IMG/VR virus record: IMGVR_UViG_3300048799_000004
Length of the DNA stretch: 64,000 nt
Origin: an uncultured virus (IMG/VR IMGVR_UViG_3300048799_000004)
Taxonomy: Duplodnaviria; Heunggongvirae; Uroviricota; Caudoviricetes
Strand: one strand, 5' to 3'
The position numbers and the translations under genes are program-made. Position 1 is the first letter of the stretch; every line of letters starts with the position of its first letter. Below are positions 10,297 through 21,100 of this stretch, piece after piece. A model generated the notes under the pieces. The model did not search any database, was not told the DNA's origin, and saw nothing but the letters and a program-made list of their open reading frames with translations.

Positions 10297-10334
10297 GGTC
10301 GAAGCCTGTACTCACTCAGGTTTGGAGAATAAAA

Positions 10335-10715
10335 ATGCAAAATAAACGACTGAATATCCCGTCCATCGCGCTCTCGACCATTGTCGGAACGACGCGTTTC
10401 GCTCCAGGCAGCGTCGCGGAGTCCGGCGTAGTCGGCTACACGGCGACCTCGACCTACATTCTGATCCGCCACATGCGTATCACGAACTCGGCAACTGCTG
10501 CGTCCGTTGTCTCGCTGTACAAGGGAGCCCTTGCGGGTTCTGCGGCTGGCACAGAGTTCGCGTTCTCTGGCGTGTCCGTCCCCGGAAATAGCTACCTCGA
10601 CTGGTACGGCGAAGTCAAGCTCGACAACTCCTCGACTGGTGTTTGTATCTCAGGAAGCGCCAACCCGGCGACTTGCACCCTCGACCTCGACAACGCAGAG
10701 ATCGGCTTACTCTAA
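10335..10715 (+). CDS. Small beta-rich virion structural protein
   Basis: GGAG RBS; 126 aa; YT......I..I.I.N pattern typical of small tail-associated proteins. Confidence 0.55.
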   Translation: MQNKRLNIPSIALSTIVGTTRFAPGSVAESGVVGYTATSTYILIRHMRITNSATAASVVSLYKGALAGSAAGTEFAFSGVSVPGNSYLDWYGEVKLDNSSTGVCISGSANPATCTLDLDNAEIGLL

Positions 10716-10761
10716 GCCTGCAGCTGGGTGGTCTTTTGGCGGCATATGCTAAGCTGCTACT

Positions 10762-11499
10762 ATGGATTACTCACAAGCAATGAAAGAACTTCCGGGCCAC
10801 GAAAAGGCCCGGATTTTCGTTGGGACACCCGCAGCCTATGGCGAAGTGAAGCACGTCTTCCATCGCTCGATGCTCGTCAGTCAGCTCGACTGCCTGCAGC
10901 ATCAGATTTTCTTCTACTCCGAGACATGCCAATCGCCATACATCCAGCAGGCGCGCAACTTCCTGGTGTCTCGCTTCCTTGAGATGAAAGCCTGCACGCA
11001 CCTGATGTGGATAGACAACGACCTGGGATGGGACGCGAACGCCATCAGCCGCATGGTCGAGCGCGACGTAGATGTGATCTCTGGCGTCTACCCCACGAAA
11101 GACCCAAAGTGCTCAGGTTTCCCGTACTACGAGTTAGGGCCCGTGGTGGATGGTCTACAGCCTGTCCGCCGCGTTCCTGGCGGCTTCATGCTCATCAAGC
11201 GCCATGTTGTAGAGGCTGTCGTAGCCTCCTGTAAGCAGCACACGTTCAATGCGGACGGCAAGGTCATCCTGGTGCCGTACATCTACGGCGACATCTACCA
11301 CGAGGAAACCCAGCAGCTGGCGGTTGAGGACTTCGCTTTCTGCGACCGTTTGATCGCGCTGGGGTTCAAGATCTGGGTAGAAACCAACATCACCTTTGCC
11401 CATGTCGGAAGCTTCGCCTGGGTTGGTAACTTACAGAACACAATCAACGAGTACGCCGAGAAAGGCCCCCCTGTAATGGACGACTCCCCTGTGTGTTAG
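10762..11499 (+). CDS. GT-A fold glycosyltransferase-like protein
   Basis: GTPAxYG, ARNxLVxxFL, THLMWIDND (DxD), GVYPxK, GFMLIKRxV, EDFAFC and HVG motifs. Confidence 0.75.
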   Translation: MDYSQAMKELPGHEKARIFVGTPAAYGEVKHVFHRSMLVSQLDCLQHQIFFYSETCQSPYIQQARNFLVSRFLEMKACTHLMWIDNDLGWDANAISRMVERDVDVISGVYPTKDPKCSGFPYYELGPVVDGLQPVRRVPGGFMLIKRHVVEAVVASCKQHTFNADGKVILVPYIYGDIYHEETQQLAVEDFAFCDRLIALGFKIWVETNITFAHVGSFAWVGNLQNTINEYAEKGPPVMDDSPVC

Positions 11500-11507
11500 A
11501 ATAGATA

Positions 11508-11723
11508 ATGCTCAGTTTCGAGGATCTCCGAAACCTACACGCGATTGCGAAGACCGCCTCCATAAAGGCTGGCGACGCAGTTCCAGTGGCCGTCCTCTTC
11601 CAGAAAACGGAAGCGGCGCTCAAGGATATGATGACCTCTCAGACTCTTGAGAATGTGAAGGCACATCTCGCGGCTGAAGCAAAAGCGTTGGAACAGAAAC
11701 AGCCCGCAAAGACGGGCGAGTAA
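11508..11723 (+). CDS. Small hypothetical protein (fibre-chaperone-like coiled coil)
   Basis: 71-aa ORF directly after TGtTAGAAT. Confidence 0.5.
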   Translation: MLSFEDLRNLHAIAKTASIKAGDAVPVAVLFQKTEAALKDMMTSQTLENVKAHLAAEAKALEQKQPAKTGE

Positions 11724-11758
11724 TAGTCCGGCTCTCTGGAGCCCGAACGGAGTCAATC

Positions 11759-12259
11759 ATGAAGACCATCGCGTACCGCGAGGCGTCCGGCCTCGACCTG
11801 TCCAATATCTATCGCATACTCGCCGAGGAACAGAAGTTCCTTGAAATACCGTATCCTACGCTAGATCTGGACAAGACAATCCGCTATATCGCGAACCTCG
11901 TCCGTTCACCGAACGGCCGTGTGTGGGTCGCTGAACTCAGTGGTCGCATCGTCGGCACTCTCGTGTGCTCGATAGCGCAACCTCTCTGGTCAAACCTCTG
12001 GCTTCTCATTGATGATTTCTTCGTAGTCGATCAGCACTTCCGCAAGCACGGCGTTGCGAAGAACCTGATCTCAGTCGCGAAGGCATTTGCCGACGCCAAG
12101 AATCTGCCGATCTGGTTCGAAGTGAACACAGGCGGCAAGGCAGAATTGAAGGACAGGTTCATCGATATGCAGGGTTTCACCTACATGGGTGGACGGCATT
12201 TGTACTGGCCCGTGAATCTCCCCGCTGACGGCGTGGTGAAGGCGGTGCCAAAAACGTAA
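11759..12259 (+). CDS. GNAT-family acetyltransferase preceding the ejection proteins
   Basis: REAxxxDL, VAExxGRIVG, FFVVDxxFRKHGVA (motif A) and GF..GG motifs. Confidence 0.8.
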   Translation: MKTIAYREASGLDLSNIYRILAEEQKFLEIPYPTLDLDKTIRYIANLVRSPNGRVWVAELSGRIVGTLVCSIAQPLWSNLWLLIDDFFVVDQHFRKHGVAKNLISVAKAFADAKNLPIWFEVNTGGKAELKDRFIDMQGFTYMGGRHLYWPVNLPADGVVKAVPKT

Positions 12260-12268
12260 GGACAGTTC

Positions 12269-13471
12269 GTGGCAGTATCGTTCAATCCGCTCACGCCGGG
12301 AGGCAGCAGCTCAACCATTGGGGCTACCACCAGCTATGACCCGTCAGTCATCTCTGGCTCGAATCAAGCACAGAGTCTTGCCGAGAGCCAAGCCAACACA
12401 CCGTACAGCTCTCTCCCCACGAACGAAGCTGTCGCGCCGATGTCCGGCAACCAGACGCTCGGCTACAACGCAGCGCAGAATAACGCTGGATCGCTACAAG
12501 GCGACTACAACACGATCAACAGCTCCTGGACGAATCCCTCGACCCAGGCGCAGTACATGTCTCCGTATGAGAACAGCGTCCTCAACGCTCAGAAGGCATA
12601 CGCATCGCAGCAGCAGGGAGCACAGACAGCAGCGTTAGGCGTCAGCGAGGGAATGAACAATTCCTTCGGCGGATCTGGCGGTGCAATCGCCCAGGCGCAG
12701 GAGCTGCAGAACTACAACCTGAACTCAAACTCGATGGAAGCGACCGGCCTGCAGTCCGCTTACACGGCTGGGCAGCAGCAGTTCAACACAGCGCAGGGTG
12801 AAGCTCTTTCGGCCGCGAACCAGGAACAGGGAGCGCTCGCGCAGACAGGCAGCGTCGCTCAGCAGATCGCGCAGGCTGGTGACACCTACAACGTCACAAA
12901 TCAGCAGAACGCCCTCAACTGGAGCGGCAAGCAAGCGCAGATGTTGTCAGGCGTCCTGAATTCTATGCCGAAGAACTCAGCGAGCACGCGCGACACCAAC
13001 GCAACAACGTCAGCGTCTGGTATCAGCAACCTTGGTGGCGTAGGCAGCCTTATTGGTATGGGAATGAACCTTGCTGGCGGCGGCAGCGGCAGCGGCGGCA
13101 GCGGCAGCGGCGGCAACGCCACGAATAGCGACGGAACTACACAGACGCAATACGATGCTACTGAGCCTACCGCCTCGCAGGTCAACAGCAACACGACATA
13201 CGTTCCTGGCAGTTACAGCGGATCAACAGGAAACAACGGCACAGCTAACTGGGGAACTAGCACTGGCGATAATAACGGTGACTTGGGTAGCGGCAGTTCA
13301 AGCACTGACTACACGCCTACCGGCGATGAGCAGGTCAGGGCTGGCTCACAGGGATATGTAGATCCCGGCGCTAACACGTCTGGCAATGCTCTCTATGGCG
13401 GCGCGCTCGGCTCGAACTCAATGACCAACCCGACTGGCGGCATGGCGCTCGCGGGACAGGATCTGGGATAA
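12269..13471 (+). CDS. DNA ejection / pilot protein
   Basis: YMSPYxxxV, FGGSxxAI and Q/A-rich helices; position in the module. Confidence 0.6.
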   Translation: MAVSFNPLTPGGSSSTIGATTSYDPSVISGSNQAQSLAESQANTPYSSLPTNEAVAPMSGNQTLGYNAAQNNAGSLQGDYNTINSSWTNPSTQAQYMSPYENSVLNAQKAYASQQQGAQTAALGVSEGMNNSFGGSGGAIAQAQELQNYNLNSNSMEATGLQSAYTAGQQQFNTAQGEALSAANQEQGALAQTGSVAQQIAQAGDTYNVTNQQNALNWSGKQAQMLSGVLNSMPKNSASTRDTNATTSASGISNLGGVGSLIGMGMNLAGGGSGSGGSGSGGNATNSDGTTQTQYDATEPTASQVNSNTTYVPGSYSGSTGNNGTANWGTSTGDNNGDLGSGSSSTDYTPTGDEQVRAGSQGYVDPGANTSGNALYGGALGSNSMTNPTGGMALAGQDLG

Positions 13472-13472
13472 C

Positions 13473-15122
13473 ATGACAGCCTTCAATCAAGACGAAGCGT
13501 TGGCGAACTGGACTGCTGCTGCACAGGCATCTCAGCAGGCTATGGGCGGCTCTGGTGATCCCAATCAGGGCGGCTCGCTAGGTGCTTCATCTGCTGGCAG
13601 CGATCCTTCTGTTGCTCCTGGTATCGGATTGAACGACCCTTACGATCCAAATAGCACCAATCAGAATACGCAGGGCAATCAAACGATGGCGTCAGGCACT
13701 GCACCTAACCTGATCCCTGCGCGCACTCCGAACAACCCGATGCAGAGCATGGGCGGATCCGGTGCTATATCTCGCCTGCCTACTCAAGATCCTGGCAGCG
13801 GCGGACAGCCTGCAAACCTGGGCGTTGCATCACAAGCACCACAGCAGTCTGGCGGCGCTCTACAAGGTGGAGGCGCTGCTCCGCAAGCTCCACAGAATCC
13901 GAACCCGCAGGGAGATCCTGGTCTTCCTACCGCGCAAGGTTCATCGTCTGGTCTCGGTAACAACGACCCAAGCAACATGATGGAGCCCGGCCACCAGGAA
14001 GCTATGAGCAAGGTCATGAACTCTCACAAGGACGAGCTGGAGCGCAGCGGGCGCGCAGACGAGCTTGCTCCAATGGTGAACAGCGAAATCCAAGACCAGT
14101 CAAAGGGTCTTGAGGATCTACATTCTGTGTATGCCAACACGAAGCGTCTTGCTCTGCAGGACGAAGGCAACAAGGCTGCATTGCGTGAGCAGTATGCGCA
14201 GGCTTCTATCCCGGCGATGACGCTGAAGGATAAGGCGATGTACGTCATTGACGCATTCCAGCGCGCCGCCATTGCTAGCGGTCAAGGCATGCCTCCAGGA
14301 TCTGCGATGGCGTATGGTGCTCAGGGTGCCCAGGATGCCGTGAATAAGAAGAACGCCGGGCTGCATGACGCATCCATTGCGCAGTCTCGTCAGTACGATG
14401 CCGACGCAGAGAAACAGGCAGACAAGGCTGTTGACCTTGCGAAAGACAACAACATGGGATACCTAAAATATCTTACAGAGAAGAATGCGGCAAACAAGAA
14501 CGCAACTGACCAGCAAAAGGCTGACGCAGCTGATCGACGTGAGCAAGCCACTGACAGCCAGACATCTGGCAAGATCGCTCTCACAGCAGCTGAGACGAAG
14601 CGCGCCAATGCCGAGGCAGATGCAGCGAAGGCGAAAGGCGCAGCTGATGTTAAGGGCATGGTGCCGTTCACGAAGGACGATGGCACGACAGGCGTAATTG
14701 ACACCAGCACGAATCCTCCGCAGTTCCGCGCAACAGTTGACTCTAAGGACGGTGCGCCTGTTACCGGCAAAAAGACCGGCACCCAGGGTAGCGGGACAGC
14801 AGAAAAAGACGCGGCCAACGCAGCGCAGCTGTTCTCTAAACTACAGGCGTCTGCTGATGCCCGCCAGAAGAGCGGCCTCAATCTTCATCCCAAGGACACG
14901 ACGCAAGAAGTTCTTGAGACAATGCGAACTCAATTCCCGAAGCAGTACGACATCATGCGCGACAATCCTCCAGGCACCACTAAGGCTGCGGCAGCGAAGC
15001 CATCAGCTCAAGCTCCTGGCCCGAAGGGCACGACCCCGGCGCAGCAAGCTGTGGTTGATAAGCAGGTAGCTGAAGACGCTGCCGCTCAGCCCGCAGCTAA
15101 GAGGCCCTGGCAGACAAACTAA
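13473..15122 (+). CDS. Internal virion / ejection protein
   Basis: 549 aa; disordered N-terminus followed by coiled coil; coupled to the giant gene. Confidence 0.55.
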   Translation: MTAFNQDEALANWTAAAQASQQAMGGSGDPNQGGSLGASSAGSDPSVAPGIGLNDPYDPNSTNQNTQGNQTMASGTAPNLIPARTPNNPMQSMGGSGAISRLPTQDPGSGGQPANLGVASQAPQQSGGALQGGGAAPQAPQNPNPQGDPGLPTAQGSSSGLGNNDPSNMMEPGHQEAMSKVMNSHKDELERSGRADELAPMVNSEIQDQSKGLEDLHSVYANTKRLALQDEGNKAALREQYAQASIPAMTLKDKAMYVIDAFQRAAIASGQGMPPGSAMAYGAQGAQDAVNKKNAGLHDASIAQSRQYDADAEKQADKAVDLAKDNNMGYLKYLTEKNAANKNATDQQKADAADRREQATDSQTSGKIALTAAETKRANAEADAAKAKGAADVKGMVPFTKDDGTTGVIDTSTNPPQFRATVDSKDGAPVTGKKTGTQGSGTAEKDAANAAQLFSKLQASADARQKSGLNLHPKDTTQEVLETMRTQFPKQYDIMRDNPPGTTKAAAAKPSAQAPGPKGTTPAQQAVVDKQVAEDAAAQPAAKRPWQTN

Positions 15123-18100
15123 TGGCTGACCTACTCGCGCCGGATCAGGGAGCAGCCGCGCAGCTCGACCAGGGAGGACTTCTCGCTCAGCCAGATACAG
15201 GTAGCGCTCTCCAGCCTGCGCCATCCCCTGAAGTAGCTGCACCAGTCGAGCCAGTAACCCTTAGTCAGCCTGCGAGCGCTGCATCTACACCTACCAAGAC
15301 CCCCGAGCCTGCAGATATTGACGCGCTGAAGGCTAGCCCAACAGAGTGGCCGAAGTTCGAGCAGTACTTTGGCACGCTACCAAAAGACTTCCAGAAGCCA
15401 ATAGCACAACCTGAAGACGTGGCGGCGCTGAAGGCCAGCAACGACGACCCCAAGGTCGTCAATGCATATGAGAAGACGTTCGGCTCTCTGCCGTTCGGCG
15501 CTGTCCCTGGTCGTGACATAGATGACGCCTCTCGTGTGTTCGCATCCAGCGCGATGCGCGTCACTGCAGCGATGGCTGCTGGTGGTCCGCCCACAGCTGA
15601 AGACATGCGCAAGGGTGGAGCCGGTCTCGTCCAACGAGCTGCTGACAGAGCCACGCAGTTCAAGAAGGACATGGAAGATCCTAATCAGAACTGGCAGGAC
15701 AACCTAAAGTCAGTTGGCAGCGCGTTCGTTGCTGCAGGAGAAGAGGCCGGTGGAATTGTCTCATCAGCGGTTGGAAGTAATCCGCTCATGCGCTTCACTG
15801 ATTTCGTGCGCGCCAACCTCAAGCAAACCCAGGACGATCAGGTGGCGCTGCAGAATAAACTGAAGACCTTGCCGCCAGATCAGGCGCAGGACTACATGAA
15901 CAAGCTCACTGGCGGGCAGCTCAGCCCGAACACGCTGAGGAACGTACCTCTATTGCAGGCCCAGAAAGGCTGGAGCCCTACCTCGGCAGTCGGAGACGCA
16001 GTCAAAAAGGGCGCTGATTCCCTGAATGCAGTGGCTGATGATTGGGAGAATGGAGTATCCCCGGCCGCGAAGAAAGCGCTTGAAGAGACGATGGTGAGCC
16101 CAAACAAGGGTGAGCTGCTCGGTCCTGGTGCCACAGACCCACGCGCTGCAATCCTACATGCCTCACAGATGTTTGGAACAATCGCGCCGTTGATGGTGCT
16201 TGGGGATGGCGCTGGAACTATCGGGTTCGGTCTTGGCAGGGCAGCAGCTGTCGAGTCTCTTGCTGATGTTGAGATGCCTATTATCGCCAAGGAAGCGGCC
16301 ATAGCAAAAATGGCTGGAGAAACATCCGTTAAGGCAGCGTATGGCGCAAACGCAATCGCAGCAGGGCACGGGTTCGGCGAGATGAGCGCGCAGCAGGTTG
16401 CCAAGCAAGTCGATCAGATGGACGAAAAGGATCTCATGAAGATACCTGAGTACAAGGCCGTCATTGACAACAAGGGAACTACAGAGCAAGCCAAGATCGC
16501 GGCCAGTCACAATGCCCAGGTAATCGCGTACATGTCTGGAGCCATCGCCTCTGGCCTCGACATCAAGTACGTGCAGGACGGCTTCGGCTCTGCAATGGAA
16601 AACATGGAGAAGGTTGTCACTGCTCGCGCAGGGGCTACCGCAGGCGCTGCTGGTGTGATGGCAGGCACAGTAGTAAAATCTGCGGCTGGCGGCGCTGTGA
16701 TGATGGGCGGAACCACAGCCGGTCAAAATATTGCCACAGGTCAGGATGTGACTAAAGGTGTCGGAGAGTCAGCCGCTCAAGGAGCTGCAATGGGTCTCAG
16801 CACTGCTGTTGCTGGACACGCTGTTGCCGGTGCTGCGGCCCTTGGCAAGAGCGGCGTGGATGCGATGCGCGGTAAGGCCACCGAGCAGAGCACTCCTTCT
16901 AGCGGCACTGATCCGTCTGCACAGAAACAGCTCACAGGCCCAGGCTCTGACACCACCACTCCAGCGCCATCACCAAAGTCATCACAGACTCACGCGGATC
17001 TTCAGTCTGTTGCACGCGGCGAAGAGCTACCGCCAGAAGCAATCAAGGCTCTCAAGGATCAGGGGCTCATCAGCACTGGCTCAACGAGCGGTAAGCCTAT
17101 GGTGTTGCCAGCCGGGAAGCGCTTCATCACGGACTTTCAGCAGACACTGAAACAGTCTGCGGCAGAATCAGCATCCGCCAAAGGCCAGCCTGGGACAGAC
17201 GAGAGCAAGAACGCTCCTGAGACAACGCCCAATAAAATGGACGCTAACGAGGTTAAGGTCCAAGATACTGGCCCTAAAGTCACGGAAGAGGCCGATACGG
17301 CTACTAAAGCGCCCCGTACACCTGACGAGACCAAGGACGAGGCCGGTGTCGCCGCAGACCAGCAGCTGACAAAGAAGCAGCAGATGGACAAGATGCAGGA
17401 GTCTCGCGATGCCGAGATTCAGTCGCATATGGGCTCCAAGCGTGAGGAGGACTATCCGCTGGCGCTCAATCAGAAGGGCGAGCAGGACTCTACCCAGGCT
17501 TCATATGAGCCGCAGAACCGCGCGATGACGACGATGCAGGACGCGATGGAGATGACGCAGAAATCACAGACGCAAGTACGTGAGACCATTCCGCGCGCTA
17601 CAAGCCTATCTAGCTCTGATCGCAATATCGAGTCGCGCTTCATTGATAGCATCTCCTCGAACCTGCCTGCCGCTATCAAGAAGTACTCGCAGCTGCCGCA
17701 GACTGACGGCGGCCGCATCATCAACACTGACGAGGTTCGGCAACTGAGTGCCGACTACGCCGGGGACCATTCAGTCACTGCCGCCGTGCATGAACCGTCA
17801 TCCTGGCTCGCTGGCGTGATGTATAAGCGAGCCCTTGCGCAGCCAGCTCCCCCTGGGAAAGACAACGTCGTTGTGATGACAGCCGGTGGCACTGGTTCAG
17901 GAAAAACATCTGGGCTAGACCTCGCGCACATGGACCCGATCACCCGGCGCGCACAAATCGTATTCGATACGGCGATGAACAGCTTCGAGACCGGCAAAGA
18001 TAAGATCGCCGCCGCGAGAAACGCTGGCAAGGGCGTAATCATTCATTACGTGTACCGAGACCCGCTCCAGTCATTCGCTGAGGGTTCTCTGCCGCGCTCG

Positions 18101-21100
18101 ATGGATATGGGGCGCGTCGTCCCTATTGAGGCAGTGAAGGGAACGCACGAGGGATCATCGAAGGCTATCAAAAAGTTGATGGTTCACTTCAAAGACGATC
18201 CGATGGTGCAGTTTGTAGCTACACACAATGAAGGAAACGGCAAGGCTGTCGCGATAGACCCTTCCGAGGCAGTCAAACTCAAATCAAAGGTGTCGCTGGA
18301 AATCCTGCGCTCCGCAGCAAAAGAGGCACTAAAAAATGGCACAATCACCCCAGAACTCTACGCTCGCACCACCGGGCAACTCGCCCCTGGCACCGCAGCA
18401 ACTGTTGGCAGTAAAGGCGCGGATGGCAGCATACGGTCAGCGGGCAGCGATGTTGGCGTCAGTGAAGGCGGCGCAGGAAGCGAAGGCGAAGGGTCAGAAA
18501 CCAGCCGAGCTAACCTAGACCGCATCGAGGCTCGCGCCAAGCGCAGGTTCGCGGAAGAGAAAGCTCGCCGCACGACAGCCAATAGACTGCAGCTCGTACC
18601 TCGCTCTGGCGCATCGCCAGCAGAGGAGCAGCTCACCAGTAACTGGACAGACCTGTCGAACTCGCTCGCGAAGCCAGGGACATCACTGACGAAGGCTATC
18701 GAGCAGAGCGGTATGGGCGCACACCAGCTGCTGGACGGAATGGTTGCAGCTTCTGAGGGGCTCGCGCCAGAAGTGAAGGGCGTGATGGAGTTGCTGCGAG
18801 AACACGTTCCTGACGTGCGCGTCAGTATCGTTCCGTCCATCATAGGTCGCGGCGGTGAGAAGCTAACAAACGCTGACGGCATGTACTCACCTGTAGACGG
18901 CCACGTCCAGGTCACGAAGCGCATCATCAATAAACCGGCTGGTCCCCGCGTGCTCGCGCATGAGTTGTTTCACGCAGCAATGGCTCGTGAGATAGAGGAG
19001 AACCCAGGCAGTCCGCATGTCGTTGCGCTGGCAGATCTCCTCGATGAAGCTCGGGATCTTGCTGGTACAAAGTACGGCCATGAAGTTGTTGCTGACCACG
19101 TAGAGTACTTCAACAGCACAGAAGGCACCGCGATCAAGCCAAAGAACTACAATCGCAACCTGTACGGCCTCACTGACATACTGGAGATGACAGCAGAGAC
19201 AACGACGAGCCCAGCCTTCCAGCGGCTCCTCGATCACCTGGACAACGAGGTCCGTAAAACCCTCAGCATGGATGATCCGTATCGCATGATGATGTCACAG
19301 GGAGACTACGAGGGTCTCGTGCAGCGCATCGTCAACGGAATCACTGACATCTTTGGCCCACGCAACTCGCGCGAAACACGTCTTCTGCAGGACATCATCT
19401 ACCACACAGCTGGCGTCATGAAGGACCAGAAGGCCCGTATGTCAACAGGACAAATGTTGAGTAAGGATGCGCTGTCTGTAAAAGATGACCTATCGAACCA
19501 GTCTGGCGATGAGACCAGTAAAACGATGGACCACACGCACACGCTCCTAAAGAGCGGGCGCACAGACATGATCAAGGGCCACGACCACGAATGGTTCCCT
19601 GAGACACAAAGAACCGGCAAGGGCGGAACCGGCGAGGATACTCACACGCACGGCCTCGGAGAGGATCGCAAGAACGCTGAAGGCAAGATGATTGCCGACG
19701 ACCTGGGTAAGAACAAGATCTCGAAGCTGGTCCTTGGTGCCGCTGAACTCGGCGCGCTCAAGCTCATTCGCGGCGTCGTCAAGTACGAAGAGTGGGCACC
19801 TGCGATGTCGAAGCAGTTTGGCCGCAGCATCAAGCCTGTACTCCCGCAGCTCTTTGAAATAGCAAAGGACAAAACTCGTGATATCAAATCCCTGGTTTAC
19901 AAGAAAGGTAAAGATGGTCGTTACGTGGGTGGGCCAGCCGGACTTGGTAGAGATGACCTTGCGACACTCAGGGCTACCGTTAGAAAGCTCGCGCGAGAAG
20001 GCGGGGACTTCAGGAACTGGTACGACGAATCGTCCCAGGCAGTGCTCGATGCTGTTGGCGGCGATATCGCAGAAGCGAAGAAGCTCGCGGGTCTGCTGTC
20101 TATCTTTAGTTCCGGGGCTACTGTAAGCGCCAACACCACGATGGCTCTGCGCGCGTGGTATCAGCATCAGAACGGCGTAGCTATTGACACTGGCACAACT
20201 GCGAACGACGAAGTTGCGCAGCGCTGGCTCGACCTCGGGAAAGAGCCTGACGGCATGAAGAAGTCCAACTTCTACGGCAATCTTCTGCAGAAGCTCCAGG
20301 GCGATCACTCAGACGTGTGGCACGGCGGTGTGACGGTTGACCGCTGGATGATGCGCGCTCTTGGCTATGCCAAGGAAGCTCCCACAGACCCTCAGTACGC
20401 ATTCATATCCGACCAGATCCGCAAGGTTGCGAAGGATCTCGGCTGGGAGCCTGAAGAGGCGCAGGCAGCAGTGTGGGTCGCTATTAAGGCGCGCTGGGAA
20501 GACATCCGCAAGGAAGGTCACGCAGAGGCGATGAAGAATGGTTGGATCTCGCTTGGCAAGGACTCGCAGGGGAACCCAGAGACGAACATCCTGGACCCTG
20601 AGCGCTACTACGGCATGATGCTGAAGCGCTCACTCGCATACGCCCTACCTAAGGAGAGTCTCGCGCGCGCCGGGGCGAACTACCGCACGGAGCTGGTCAA
20701 GCAACGTGGTCAGGTCTCCTGGGAAGCTCTCCCGAGTTCCGAAAGCGGCAAGCTACCAGGGATGGAGCACATGCCTATCGAAGTGCAGGCAGCGTTCCAG
20801 CACGACGCAGCTGCTGCGCTCATCAATCCCAAGACCGGAAACGACCATCTCCGTGAGTCACTTGGCATGCTCTCTGTCGGACACATAGACGGCAACTCGG
20901 CTTGGTTCAACAACCCTGGTCAGGTAATGCGCTTCCGTCACTGGTCAACTCAGTCGGACCTCTCGACAGTCGATCCGAAGTTCATGGGCAAGGGCGTCTC
21001 CACCTGGGCTGAGCGCGGCCGTACCAACAAGGTCACGGCGCTCTATCCGTATGAGACAAACGAAGAGCAACCCGAGAAGCTGGTTGCGTCAGGAGCACCG

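Noticed and set aside
13075..13115. GGCAGC tandem repeat
   Set aside because: Encodes a Gly-Ser linker in the pilot protein; no sign of a phase-variation role.
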